64,000 nucleotides of DNA, taken from NCBI GenBank assembly GCA_964371255.1, contig CAYJKV010000005.1, forward strand, positions 13,816 through 77,815, read 5' to 3'. The DNA is from an uncultured Candidatus Saccharibacteria bacterium (GTDB lineage Bacteria; Patescibacteriota; Andersenbacteria; UBA10190). The stretch's first letter is position 1, and each line of letters opens with the position of its first letter. The notes beneath the pieces are model-generated. The model saw only the letters and a program-made list of their open reading frames with translations. It did no database searches and was not told where the DNA came from. Shown piece after piece: positions 9,061 to 18,909 of the stretch. A program made the position numbers and the translations under genes.

Positions 9061-9469
9061 CTAGAACAGACCGATCGGGGCGAACCTCAACCTGCTGGTC
9101 GGGCCTCGCTTTTATTATAGCGGGCCGCCCAGCCCTTGGCTGGAGCGAGCCTCGCTCAAAAATCGCTAGCAATTTTTGAGCTCCTTTTTGAGTGACGTGC
9201 TAACTGCGGTTAAGGATATGAAGGTTGTATTCTTTGTGCCTAACTATAGCAGTTCTGCCGCCTATTAGCCCATCTTGGGCAAGAGTAGAGCAACCACCCA
9301 CAACGGGGATTGTGACGTGGCGATGGCTCGTGGAGTGAGCGGCAAGCTGCTTCCTCTCTCTCCACTCGGACTGATGTAGACAGGAGGGATGGGAGCACCC
9401 TAAGACACTCTGCGCGTGTAGGGGTGGTGTTCCATTCGCGCTCGCATTTATATCAAATCCAACAACTAC

Positions 9470-9940
9470 CTAAATTATTCGAGCATCAAGACGTTTTTCG
9501 CTCGCGTCATATGTTATCCAAACAATCTTACCTTGCCACTCACTCGGTGGATTTTTCAGTCTCTCGCTCAACTCGCTCCACATTGCTTCTAGTTCCTTCT
9601 CTTGCTCTGGCAAGATAATGTTCAAGGATTGAGCGAACTCCACTTTGGTTACCGTCATCCATCCACGAAGGTGTTTCTTTGGCCTCATTCGCTTCATTAA
9701 TTTCCAGAGCGCAAGAAGTGTGCCCTGGAAAGCAGTCCACAGCGTCCCATCTCGCAGAAAAGCAACAATATCAAAATTAGCGAAAACAATTTTGACTACT
9801 TCCTGCAAATCACCGTAGGCCTCCGTTCGATACTGATATATGTCAACATTAAAGTTAACCGAACTAAAAATATCCTTTACTTCCTTGAGCTCGGCTGACG
9901 AAATATCACTGATGGCTAATTGGAATTTGTCTTTCTTCAT
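9470..9940 (-). CDS. Hypothetical protein
   Basis: 156 aa ORF starting 3 bp after the upstream stop. Confidence 0.65.
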   Translation of the reverse strand: MKKDKFQLAISDISSAELKEVKDIFSSVNFNVDIYQYRTEAYGDLQEVVKIVFANFDIVAFLRDGTLWTAFQGTLLALWKLMKRMRPKKHLRGWMTVTKVEFAQSLNIILPEQEKELEAMWSELSERLKNPPSEWQGKIVWITYDASEKRLDARII

Positions 9941-9943
9941 TTG

Positions 9944-12226
9944 TTATGAATCCTTATCGTTAGTAATCTGGCGTAGTTCTGCAACCCCTACCCTCACCTC
10001 ATTGTAATTGAGAGTCGAGGCAACCTTCGATTGTGCTTCATTAATACCAGGAATACGGTGCAAAAGATTATAATATTCCTCTTCTAAATTACGAATGCCA
10101 CGGAAGAAATCGAGGCCTATTTTATCATCTTCCTCGCGAAACTTTTTCTTATATTCAGAATAAAGCGCGGATATTTTATCTGACGCGAGTTTTTTGGCAT
10201 CGTTATCTCCCTTTTTTCCTGCATAGAGAACAATGTAGGCAAGTTTATCTGCTATACGTGGTACGCGATAAAAAGCTTCCATATCCTTTTCTAGAATCTT
10301 TTTAGCAGCATAAGCAAGGGAATGTATGGCCGCATCAGTAATTTCTTTAGACTTAATATCAATTCCGTTCATTGCCGAGGTTGCCAGCAGGTCATCAAAA
10401 CCCCAACCTTCCTGCCCCGTAAAATTTGTAAGCTCCTTATATAATTTCTGGAAGTAATAGATTAGCCAGGATGCATCACCCTCGATTTTCTTTTTGTCAG
10501 CCATATTCTCGCCTCGCAGTAGCTCAAAGTAGATTAGTAGAATACTGCGGATATTCATCCCGATTTGATGCAGAAGAAAGGAACCATTCCTCACAATAGG
10601 TATCAGGTCACGGTAGAAGCGATGGCTTAATTCCTCACTGAATTCATAAAAGATATGATGATACTGGTCATAAAGTTCTTCGTTATTTGCACCAATCTTT
10701 TGAGCTAGACCGTAGAATGTATCCACTAAAGTTGTTTCGCCTGCGCCACTCATTATTGGTTCATAAGCGTGCGAAATATCAACTCGTCCCTTTAGGGTGC
10801 CAGTCTCTAATTGCGGTAATGACACAGAAATGAGGGCCTGAATATGTTGTAGTGTAGGTTGCAGTATTTGAGCCGCTATAAAGGGCTCCTGAATCGTGGC
10901 TACGCGCAAGATGCCTCCAAGTCCCTTTAGCGCATATGTAGTTAAATACCACTGCTGGTGAACCAAACCCAGCAGTCCCAATTCCTTTAGTTTTTCTTGG
11001 ATGGTTAAAACGGTAAGATATGACTTCTGTTGAACAAGAAATGCAGCAGTTGCGCCTAAAATACCTGAACCCTGAAGGCCAACATCATACATACCCTTGT
11101 GAATACACGTTTTGATGCTATCAAATAAGAAGCTTATCGCCATCGCAGCGACGCTATTTTCTACATTTTGTTTTGGTATTGGCTTTACCGCAGTAGCCGT
11201 GTAAGCAATTTCAGCAAATTCAGCAATAATCACCGAGGCCATTTCCTTGTCTTTGTTGCTGACTGCAATCTCAACAACGGAATGGAGGCGGTCATACACT
11301 TGTTCCATAAATCGGGAACTGGCAGTGCGAGGAATGCTGGAAGTAAAAAACATCCCCGTAAAATCCATAAAATTATTGAGTCGAATAGCAAGATATTGCC
11401 TAACTAAAATGGCAATGTAGTGCACTCCTGTCTTTACGACATCTAACCGTCGTTGTTCAGCAAAATGCTTAGTTATCTCAAAAATTTCATTGAGGTTGTA
11501 CTCAAATCCTTGCGTAAACTCTTTGGCATTATCGTAAACAAATGCTTGTCTTTCTTCCTTGCTTGGCGCAGGCATTGTTGTGTCCTTTGACGTAACACCG
11601 CCGAATAAAATAAATCTCTCAATATGTAGTGGCAGTTTTCGCAAATGTTTTATGCTGGGTAGAAAGTATAATTCTCGTATTTGGGTCGAGGGGTTAGCCA
11701 TTTTTGCTGCATAAGAAAAGACAGCCCACCAGAGCCCAAAACTTTCGATAAGAAAGAGACAGGCAAAGATTACAATAGGGAGGACAGTATATTTATTGAT
11801 TGGTATGAAGGTGAGAGCAAAAGATGCAAAAGCAATAATCGTCAGCGAAATAAACGCTAGGTAAAAAAGAGGCTTACGGCGAATTGCTTCGGCTGTACCA
11901 ACCGTTGATTTCTCAAGTGTTTGTTGTAAGGCAAATTGAGCCAAGCCAAAGACAATGACAGAGCCAGCGCCTAGAACAGTCCCGATGCCAATGGCAAGTT
12001 GTTGTAAGAGGCCTTCATTAGTTAAGCGGTACAGCAAATAACCTGTTATTGCTTCCTGGTAAAAGCCGAGCAGTACAAGTAGCAAGGCAAACAATGAAAG
12101 GGCAGATGAAAATAGCAATAGTTGCCTATGCGCATATAGCAGGCGCAGAATCTTCCAATAGCCATAAAACCAGGCCTTCAAGGCAGCTATACGAAAACGG
12201 TGCCAAATTCTGTTCTGATGCGGCAT
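9944..12226 (-). CDS. Large membrane-anchored helical protein (DUF2254-like architecture)
   Basis: Four to five N-terminal TM helices then a long alpha-helical region; start moved to MPHQN to avoid overlapping terS. Confidence 0.7.
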   Translation of the reverse strand: MPHQNRIWHRFRIAALKAWFYGYWKILRLLYAHRQLLLFSSALSLFALLLVLLGFYQEAITGYLLYRLTNEGLLQQLAIGIGTVLGAGSVIVFGLAQFALQQTLEKSTVGTAEAIRRKPLFYLAFISLTIIAFASFALTFIPINKYTVLPIVIFACLFLIESFGLWWAVFSYAAKMANPSTQIRELYFLPSIKHLRKLPLHIERFILFGGVTSKDTTMPAPSKEERQAFVYDNAKEFTQGFEYNLNEIFEITKHFAEQRRLDVVKTGVHYIAILVRQYLAIRLNNFMDFTGMFFTSSIPRTASSRFMEQVYDRLHSVVEIAVSNKDKEMASVIIAEFAEIAYTATAVKPIPKQNVENSVAAMAISFLFDSIKTCIHKGMYDVGLQGSGILGATAAFLVQQKSYLTVLTIQEKLKELGLLGLVHQQWYLTTYALKGLGGILRVATIQEPFIAAQILQPTLQHIQALISVSLPQLETGTLKGRVDISHAYEPIMSGAGETTLVDTFYGLAQKIGANNEELYDQYHHIFYEFSEELSHRFYRDLIPIVRNGSFLLHQIGMNIRSILLIYFELLRGENMADKKKIEGDASWLIYYFQKLYKELTNFTGQEGWGFDDLLATSAMNGIDIKSKEITDAAIHSLAYAAKKILEKDMEAFYRVPRIADKLAYIVLYAGKKGDNDAKKLASDKISALYSEYKKKFREEDDKIGLDFFRGIRNLEEEYYNLLHRIPGINEAQSKVASTLNYNEVRVGVAELRQITNDKDS

Positions 12227-12254
12227 AAGCTTATTATGCATATATAATGACGGT

Positions 12255-12638
12255 ATGGCACAAAATTTGACGGTTAAACAGCGCAGATTTGTTTCCGCCC
12301 TGGTAGAGCACGGTAATGCCACGCAAGCTGCTATTGATGCTGGCTACGAAGTACAAGACAGGATGTCAGCCAAAGTTATCGCCAGCCAGAACCTGGATAA
12401 GCCGAACATTCGCACAGCCCTTGATGCTGCCCTCTCACAGCGTGGCCTGGATGAGACTGCTATCGTTCAAGGACTTGCACGGCTTCTGGAATCCGAAAAC
12501 TTGGCTCACGTTGCCAGAGGCGTTGAGCTCCTATTAAAAATTAGAGGTGATGCCGCACCAAAACGAAGTATGCACGTACGTATGAGCTATGCCGAGCGAA
12601 TTAGGGAGGAATTAACCAGAAACGACCAACAAAACTGA
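12255..12638 (+). CDS. Phage terminase small subunit-like protein
   Basis: LTVKQRRFV...GNATQAAIDAGY...SAKVIASQNLDKPNI, the Terminase_2-type HTH signature. Confidence 0.85.
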   Translation: MAQNLTVKQRRFVSALVEHGNATQAAIDAGYEVQDRMSAKVIASQNLDKPNIRTALDAALSQRGLDETAIVQGLARLLESENLAHVARGVELLLKIRGDAAPKRSMHVRMSYAERIREELTRNDQQN

Positions 12639-12703
12639 CAACTGCCCATCCAAACTAAAATCCTGGAGGTCAATCTATGGAATCTGCAGAAATGTGGAAT
12701 TTT

Positions 12704-13474
12704 CTACTCATTATTTTTTACCCAGAAAATCACTCGTTTCTCTAAAAGGACAACCACCCAGAAAAATAAAATTCCAGCCAGTGCCGCCGCAATGACTGCA
12801 CTAAACATTTTTACTATCTCCAAGTGATAGGAGTTAACTAGAATTAAATACCCAATGCCTCTATTTGCACCAACAAACTCACCAACAATTGCCCCAACGA
12901 CAGCGAGCGAGGTTGATATTTTAAGAGCCGAAAAGATATAGGGTAAGGCATTTGGTAATCGCAGCTTAGTAAAAATTTGCCATTTGGTTGCCGACAGGCT
13001 GCGTAGTAGGTCTAATGCTTCAGTATCCACCGCCTTAAGCCCCTTTGTTGTATTAACTATGGCAGGAAAGAAAGCGATTAGGGCTGCCGCAGCAACTTTG
13101 GATGATATACCGTTACCGAACCATAGCAGGAGTAATGGAGCCATTGCGATAATAGGAGTTGTTTTAAGGGCAATAGCATAGGGATATAACCCTTTTTCAA
13201 GCGTAGATGAGTGAGCAAAGACAATAGCGACAAGTACACCAATGGCGTTAGCAAGTGCAAAACCAAGAAAAGCCTCCCAAAGAGTAATACCTGTATGAAA
13301 AGCAAGGGTGTGAATGTTGACGATGAAATCTATAACAATTGCCGATGGCGCAGGAAGAAGATACTGTGGCACCTCAAGTGCACGAACAGTAAACTCCCAA
13401 GCAATGAGTATTGCCACGAAGGCAACAGCAGGAGCAAGGAAGTATGTTATTCGTGAAGTTGATTTCGTAGCCAT
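12704..13474 (-). CDS. NitT/TauT-family ABC transporter permease
   Basis: LLPAPS, EAA-like loop (DLLRSLSATKWQIFTKLRLPNALP) and GAIVGEF..GIGYLI. Confidence 0.92.
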   Translation of the reverse strand: MATKSTSRITYFLAPAVAFVAILIAWEFTVRALEVPQYLLPAPSAIVIDFIVNIHTLAFHTGITLWEAFLGFALANAIGVLVAIVFAHSSTLEKGLYPYAIALKTTPIIAMAPLLLLWFGNGISSKVAAAALIAFFPAIVNTTKGLKAVDTEALDLLRSLSATKWQIFTKLRLPNALPYIFSALKISTSLAVVGAIVGEFVGANRGIGYLILVNSYHLEIVKMFSAVIAAALAGILFFWVVVLLEKRVIFWVKNNE

Positions 13475-14187
13475 TGGATTTGGTCTAAATATTCTTTACT
13501 GCTTTTTGTCTCAATTGCACGGGGACGAGGTAGCTGTATGTCTCTTACTGCCGCGATAGTCGCGGGTCGGTCTGATAAAACTATCACCTTATCTGATAGA
13601 AAAACTGATTCGGATAATGAGTGGGTAACAAAGAGAATAGTTTTCTTAGTCTTCTGCCAAATGTCTAGCAAGACCAAATTCATTCTTTCTCGCGTAAGTT
13701 CATCTAAAGCTCCAAACGGCTCATCCATTAACAGAATGTCGGGATTAAAAACTAGCGCACGAGCTAGGGATACTCGTTGCTTCATTCCACCAGACAACGC
13801 ATCAGGATAGTAGCCCGCAAACTCTTTCAGTCCAATTAGCTCAATGAGCTCTTGTGCTTCGGCAAGAGGAGAAGTATCCCCAATAATCTCTAACGGGAGT
13901 TCTACATTCTTTAATACCGTCCGCCAGGGAAATAAAACGGGGTTCTGGAACACAAAACCAAGTTCTCTTTTTTTAACTGCTACATCAAGCGAACTCTCTT
14001 TGATGCTTATGTGCCCGCGCAGTGGAGGAAGGAGACCCCCAACTATTTTAAGTAGTGTTGTTTTACCACAGCCAGAGGGGCCGACAATACTGACAAACTC
14101 CCCCTCCTGTATTTGGAAATTAATATCACGCAGGACGTGGAGAGAATCATAGGAATGATAAACATTCTGGGCTGCAATGAACGACAT
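13447..14187 (-). CDS. NitT/TauT-family ABC transporter ATP-binding protein
   Basis: GPSGCGKTT, LSGGMKQR, LLMDEPFGALD, FVTH. Confidence 0.95.
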   Translation of the reverse strand: MSFIAAQNVYHSYDSLHVLRDINFQIQEGEFVSIVGPSGCGKTTLLKIVGGLLPPLRGHISIKESSLDVAVKKRELGFVFQNPVLFPWRTVLKNVELPLEIIGDTSPLAEAQELIELIGLKEFAGYYPDALSGGMKQRVSLARALVFNPDILLMDEPFGALDELTRERMNLVLLDIWQKTKKTILFVTHSLSESVFLSDKVIVLSDRPATIAAVRDIQLPRPRAIETKSSKEYLDQIQWLRNQLHE

Positions 14188-15185
14188 TATGGTAAAAACT
14201 CATTAGTGAATACCTGACGAGGGTCTAATTCTTGTTTAAGCAATTCCTGCTGCTTTAGAATCTCTGTTGTAGACTCCCACACTGAAGCCTCCATCAAACC
14301 AACCTTTGATTTTGCAGGCTGAACCAGAAGCTTGGTTGCAGAAAAGCTATCTTGCTCAAATTGCTCATTAAGTTGCGGGTCATATTTTCTTGCTAGTGCG
14401 TGTGCCTCTTGCTCATTATTAACTGCATATTCCCACCCACGAATAGTGGCATTGAGAAATTTTTGCACCGTTTCGGGATGTTCATTAATAAAGTCCTCAC
14501 GGGCAAAGATAACCTGGGCATACATAGGAATTCCATAGTCTTTCGGGAAAATGAGATTTGTCTCGAACCCCTGCGCCCTGGCAATGATGGGCTCAACATT
14601 GATGAAGCCTGGCCAGACATCAACTTCCCTTCTAAAGAAAAGGGTCATATCAAATTTTACAGGCACCTCCGTAACATCGCTGGACTTGATATTAAACTGG
14701 CTCAGGAGAGCTCGGTAAAGGATTTCTGTATCAAGGCCAGTCTTAACGCCAATTTTCTTTCCTCTAAAATCGCTAGGTGTGGTTATGCCAGAATCTTTGT
14801 GCGAGAAATAAACGATAGGATTTTCTTTGTAAATCGCTGCTATCGCTTTAATCGGGATGTCTTTATTTCTTGCCTGCAGAACTTCTACTGCCCCAGCCAT
14901 TCCGAAAGTATCAGAGCCGCTAGCAACCAGCAGGATAGAATTATGGTCTACACCTCCTGGGTGAATATCAACCTTTAGTCCTTCGTTTTCATACAATCCT
15001 CTTTCTTGCGCGGCATAATATCCCTCAAATCCTGCACCGTGCAGCCAAGCCAGCCTCAAAGAAATATTTTCTGCGTTATCGCTTTGTTCAGTCCGATTCC
15101 ACCAGAGAGTAGCAGTAATAAGAGCGACGAATACGATAAGAAGTATAGTTGCTTTTGAGCCAGTTATCTTAGGAAATAGTGGCAT
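14187..15185 (-). CDS. NMT1/THI5-like ABC substrate-binding protein
   Basis: LRLAW...GYYAAQERGLYENEGLKVDI.PGG; DFRGKKIG; FLNATIRGW. Confidence 0.88.
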   Translation of the reverse strand: MPLFPKITGSKATILLIVFVALITATLWWNRTEQSDNAENISLRLAWLHGAGFEGYYAAQERGLYENEGLKVDIHPGGVDHNSILLVASGSDTFGMAGAVEVLQARNKDIPIKAIAAIYKENPIVYFSHKDSGITTPSDFRGKKIGVKTGLDTEILYRALLSQFNIKSSDVTEVPVKFDMTLFFRREVDVWPGFINVEPIIARAQGFETNLIFPKDYGIPMYAQVIFAREDFINEHPETVQKFLNATIRGWEYAVNNEQEAHALARKYDPQLNEQFEQDSFSATKLLVQPAKSKVGLMEASVWESTTEILKQQELLKQELDPRQVFTNEFLP

Positions 15186-15186
15186 A

Positions 15187-16194
15187 TTATTGCACAAACT
15201 CTGTAGTAAAAGTCTTGTCTATTTCTACCGCATTTTTCATAAAGCCTTGCTCCAATAGTAATGTTTGTATTGACCGCCAAGTGGCATCATCCATAAAACC
15301 GACAGGGTTACTGTCTGGCTTCACCAGTGGAATACTTGCTTTCATCATTTTGGTTTCGTGTTCCTGATTAAGCTTGTCGCTAGACTGCAATGTATAAACC
15401 ACCGCCTGTTCAGGATTTTGCAAAGCAGCCTCCCACCCCTCAATAGTTGCTTGGACAACTCGCTGCACCACATCGGGCTTGTTCTTAATCATCTCCTCGG
15501 TAGTGAACAAAGTATCAGCATAGAGATTCACACCATAATCACTCGGCCAAATTAAATTGACCTGATGACCTTGTTCTTCAGCAGTAAGCGGTTCATTAAT
15601 GGCATAACCTGGCCAAACGTCTACCTGCCTGGTAAGGAGCGGCGTAATATCAAACTTTACAGGAACTTCCTGAAAGGACTTAGAATCAACACCCGCTTTC
15701 TTAAGTACAGCACGATACGTTAATTCCTCATTGCCGCCCAACTTCACACCCACCTTCTTGCCAACAAAATCTTTCGGCGAAGTAATATCAGAATCTTTTA
15801 GTGAAAATAGTACAAAGGGACTTTTTCGGTAAATAACCGCAAGTGCCACGACAGGAATTTCCTTTTCTCGCGCCAGCAAAATCTGGTCTGCCCCTGTTAC
15901 ACCAAATTGGTCTGACCCGCTAGCAACCATCTGAATTGCAGGAAAATCAACACCCCCTGGCTGAAGTGTGACGTTTAGATTTTTATCCTTGTAGAATCCT
16001 CCTTTATCGGCAAAGTAGAAACCTGCAAATTGAGCTTGGTTTAGCCACTTAAGACGAATAGAGACATTTTCTCCGTTTCCTGTCTCTAATAATGAATTAT
16101 TTTTACGAGCTGAAATTCCCCACCACAGAAGGGCACCTATTCCCATCACTATTATTGCGGCAATCAAAGTTTTCTTACTTGAGTTCATTATCAT
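15187..16194 (-). CDS. NMT1/THI5-like ABC substrate-binding protein (paralogue)
   Basis: IRLKWLNQAQFAGFYFADKGGFY; DFVGKKVG; GYAINEP. Confidence 0.9.
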   Translation of the reverse strand: MIMNSSKKTLIAAIIVMGIGALLWWGISARKNNSLLETGNGENVSIRLKWLNQAQFAGFYFADKGGFYKDKNLNVTLQPGGVDFPAIQMVASGSDQFGVTGADQILLAREKEIPVVALAVIYRKSPFVLFSLKDSDITSPKDFVGKKVGVKLGGNEELTYRAVLKKAGVDSKSFQEVPVKFDITPLLTRQVDVWPGYAINEPLTAEEQGHQVNLIWPSDYGVNLYADTLFTTEEMIKNKPDVVQRVVQATIEGWEAALQNPEQAVVYTLQSSDKLNQEHETKMMKASIPLVKPDSNPVGFMDDATWRSIQTLLLEQGFMKNAVEIDKTFTTEFVQ

Positions 16195-16265
16195 ATTTGC
16201 TATTTATAAAATGCAGTGGTTTCAGGAAAAAGTCCACTTTTCCTGTACCCTAAAGAGCAAATATT

Positions 16266-16484
16266 TTAATGCAGTCCTCGGAAGAGTTCTGCTAAAGAGA
16301 CTCCTAAAGCTCTAGCAATTTTCTCAATGTTAATGATGGATACGTTCTGCTCACCACGCTCAACAGAGCCAATGTAGGTGCGGTGTATTTTAGCTTTCAT
16401 CCCCAAGTCCTCTTGCGAGAAGCCACGCTGTAGCCGTAGCTGCCGCACTCGTTCCCCTAAGTAATAACGTATATCCCGTGCCAT
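16266..16484 (-). CDS. XRE-family HTH regulator resembling R-M controller (C) proteins
   Basis: GERVRQLR..RGFSQEDL...IHRTYIGSVERGEQNVSIINIEKIARAL. Confidence 0.88.
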   Translation of the reverse strand: MARDIRYYLGERVRQLRLQRGFSQEDLGMKAKIHRTYIGSVERGEQNVSIINIEKIARALGVSLAELFRGLH

Positions 16485-16522
16485 ATCTGTATGGTCGGGC
16501 TGATGCAGTCAATGAATCTACA

Positions 16523-16582
16523 GACAATAACTAGCATTAGCATTGAGCTAGTGATACGGTAGTAATGATGACTATAACTAGC
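16523..16582. promoter_or_regulatory. Candidate C-box-like operator pair
   Basis: GACAATAACTAGC (16523-16535) and GACTATAACTAGC (16570-16582) upstream of the C-like gene. Confidence 0.45.
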
Positions 16583-16589
16583 GTTCTTT

Positions 16590-16958
16590 ATGCCGCTTCG
16601 TAATATATTCATAACCCTGGCTATAATTGTTTTAGGCTGTTTGGTGCTGGGGTGGCTGTTTGGTTCAATCACAAGTGCTGCATATTCTTACAGAAAACGG
16701 ATAGACCCTGTTGGGCAATATTATCTGGATATTTTGTGGTGGAAACAGCAAGGGTGGGACTTGCTTAGATACGGCATAGGCGGATTCTTTATCTGTGTAC
16801 CGATGATTTTTGCTTTCTTTTTTCTGTTTGATAGTTTTAATGACTTGTTCAATCAAAATCCGCTTTCGCCAGTATTCCTCGGCAAGATGTTAATTCTATT
16901 TTTCGTGTCGGGTTTTTTGATGTATTCAGCCAACTCAATTCTTGAAAGCAGAGAATAA
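16590..16958 (+). CDS. Hypothetical 3-TM membrane protein
   Basis: Hydrophobic segments; abuts the next ORF. Confidence 0.6.
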   Translation: MPLRNIFITLAIIVLGCLVLGWLFGSITSAAYSYRKRIDPVGQYYLDILWWKQQGWDLLRYGIGGFFICVPMIFAFFFLFDSFNDLFNQNPLSPVFLGKMLILFFVSGFLMYSANSILESRE

Positions 16959-17342
16959 ATGACAAAAAAGCACGGTATCGTTCGCCTCGCCTTTCTTGAC
17001 GACGGCCTATCATCGCTGGCGTATGTCCTACACACGCTACAATCAGCCCAGCCTGTGTTGGAGAGTCAGGGAGTAATAATAGCCCTCACCATCCTGCCTA
17101 AGTCCTTACCCCAAACCAGGCACTACGTTGAAACAATGATACTGCGGCAGCAAGATATTCTCTTGTATAACCAGGAGCATCTAAAAAATGACACAGCCAC
17201 CTTATTTGGGGTTAAAGAAGTACAACCATACAGACTATGGCTACGGGAAGGTCAAGAGCACAATTCTGACGACTACGGCACGCTCCAAGAAGCCCTGCAA
17301 GCCGTGTTTGCTCACCTTAAAGTACAAACCCCAGCACTATGA
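16959..17342 (+). CDS. Hypothetical protein
   Basis: Translationally coupled ORF chain. Confidence 0.55.
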   Translation: MTKKHGIVRLAFLDDGLSSLAYVLHTLQSAQPVLESQGVIIALTILPKSLPQTRHYVETMILRQQDILLYNQEHLKNDTATLFGVKEVQPYRLWLREGQEHNSDDYGTLQEALQAVFAHLKVQTPAL

Positions 17343-17512
17343 TTACTCTCGAACAAGCCCGTAAATTTTATCCCAAAGACCAGTGTCCGCCTGACGACGT
17401 GATACTCCGCGTTCTCGCTTCATCTTACCGCCTCGCAGAAATGGAGTGGGACATTATGATGGACGAAAAAGCAGCAGAACGAAAAAAGAAAGATGGTAAG
17501 AAAAACCTATGA
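17339..17512 (+). CDS. Small protein (57 aa, not in the ORF track): MITLEQARKFYPKDQCPPDDVILRVLASSYRLAEMEWD...
   Basis: ATGA overlaps at both ends; similar to the next ORF. Confidence 0.65.
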   Translation: MITLEQARKFYPKDQCPPDDVILRVLASSYRLAEMEWDIMMDEKAAERKKKDGKKNL

Positions 17513-17715
17513 CTGTTGCCGAAGCACGCAAGTACCTTACTCCCGAAGATAACCAACGTCTGTCAGACGCAGAGGTGCAAAAACTCTTGGCCGAGGATTA
17601 TACTCTGGCAGATATAGCCATTGATGAAGTGCTGAACAATGGGCCGTTTTACAGGAAGTTGAAAAAGGAGAAAGATAAAAACAATGCCAAAGACTATCCG
17701 CATTCTGTTACTTGA
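17509..17715 (+). CDS. Small helical protein, apparent paralogue of 17339-17512
   Basis: MTVAEARKYL...LSDAEVQKLL...YTLADIA. Confidence 0.65.
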   Translation: MTVAEARKYLTPEDNQRLSDAEVQKLLAEDYTLADIAIDEVLNNGPFYRKLKKEKDKNNAKDYPHSVT

Positions 17716-18097
17716 GGACGACCTGGCAACAGTTTCGGCTATCGCCCAAAAGCTGGCTGAGTTGGAACAGGATTTGCAGGAGCGCGGCACCGACATCGCC
17801 TTAACTGTACTATCTGAATACACGCAGGTGGAGCAATACATCAACACTGATAAAGTTCATCAATATGATATTGTCCTCCTTGACCGCGACTGCAAAGCTG
17901 GCGGGTCTTTCCACGCCCTGGATTTTGAGAGGATTGGCGTTGAGAAAATAATCTCCATTTCATCTACCCCGCAGTGGAACGAAGAAGCGCAAGCGCGAGG
18001 TATAACTAACGTTGTTTGGAAGGATTATAGCAACCTTGAAAACTTTGCAGCCGAACTATCGCACATTATCAGGAGCACCATAGCTGACTTGGCGTAA
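17684..18097 (+). CDS. Stand-alone receiver-like domain protein
   Basis: ILLLEDD, YDIVLLD and IISISS pattern. Confidence 0.6.
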   Translation: MPKTIRILLLEDDLATVSAIAQKLAELEQDLQERGTDIALTVLSEYTQVEQYINTDKVHQYDIVLLDRDCKAGGSFHALDFERIGVEKIISISSTPQWNEEAQARGITNVVWKDYSNLENFAAELSHIIRSTIADLA

Positions 18098-18144
18098 CTG
18101 CTTTTCAGAGCCACACTAAAATTGGTTGCGTAAGGCGGCCACTA

Positions 18145-18909
18145 ATGAAAATGACGATGAAAGAACACGATAAAACTTTAGCTGACTATTATGCTGATGT
18201 AGTGCGGCGGATTAGCGAGCAGGCGGCGATTGAGGGGTATGGCAGTGAAATGATGGTTACTTTGCATCCGCCAAAACAAAAGACAGAAGCAGACATTATC
18301 TACAATTTGCATAATCGCGGAGCCCTGTGCATTACTGACAACAGCCAAGACACGATAACCCTGATAGCTTTACCTGAATTACAACGCTTACTTACTCCAA
18401 CGAACCGTGACATTAAATCCACCCGTGACCTCGCGACCATTGACTACGCTTTGCCACGGCCATCTGACGAGCGCAAGACATCGCCTGTTATGCAAAGCAG
18501 TGGCAACGCTTCAATTAAGTACCGAGACGAACCGCCCAAACCCAAACAAAAGCTGGGCTGGAAAGATACTTATTATCAACCAGGACACGCCGTATTTGAG
18601 CGCACTGCTGACAATAAAGGAGCCCTGAAAATTGTCGGCTACCAATCACTTTCATTTGAGAACATCCCCGCAGATATTGTTGAGTTTTTCTGTGCTCTAC
18701 CCCACCCCGACTCAAAGAAGCCGCGAACTTATGGTGACCTTCCAACAAGGATAAGGGACAAATGTAATAGTGAGCGGTATAGGAAAGCCATCGCAGAAAT
18801 TAACAAACGGTTCCGCAGGCATACGGAAGAAAAGTTTGGTGACCTAATCCATCGGGTAAAAAAAGAGCCTGGATACAACGAAGCCAACGAATACTATTGG
18901 GGATTATAG
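18145..18909 (+). CDS. Hypothetical protein, possible C-terminal winged helix
   Basis: 254 aa ORF; C-terminal RYRKAIAEINKRF helix followed by a beta-hairpin-like end. Confidence 0.55.
   Translation: MKMTMKEHDKTLADYYADVVRRISEQAAIEGYGSEMMVTLHPPKQKTEADIIYNLHNRGALCITDNSQDTITLIALPELQRLLTPTNRDIKSTRDLATIDYALPRPSDERKTSPVMQSSGNASIKYRDEPPKPKQKLGWKDTYYQPGHAVFERTADNKGALKIVGYQSLSFENIPADIVEFFCALPHPDSKKPRTYGDLPTRIRDKCNSERYRKAIAEINKRFRRHTEEKFGDLIHRVKKEPGYNEANEYYWGL

Noticed and set aside
9119-9184. AGCGGG (9119) or TGGAGCG (9141) as the distal att site, with adjacent hairpins
   Set aside because: Only 6-7 bp matches, expected by chance, and no T-arm-register similarity; 8344 fits better, though these remain alternatives
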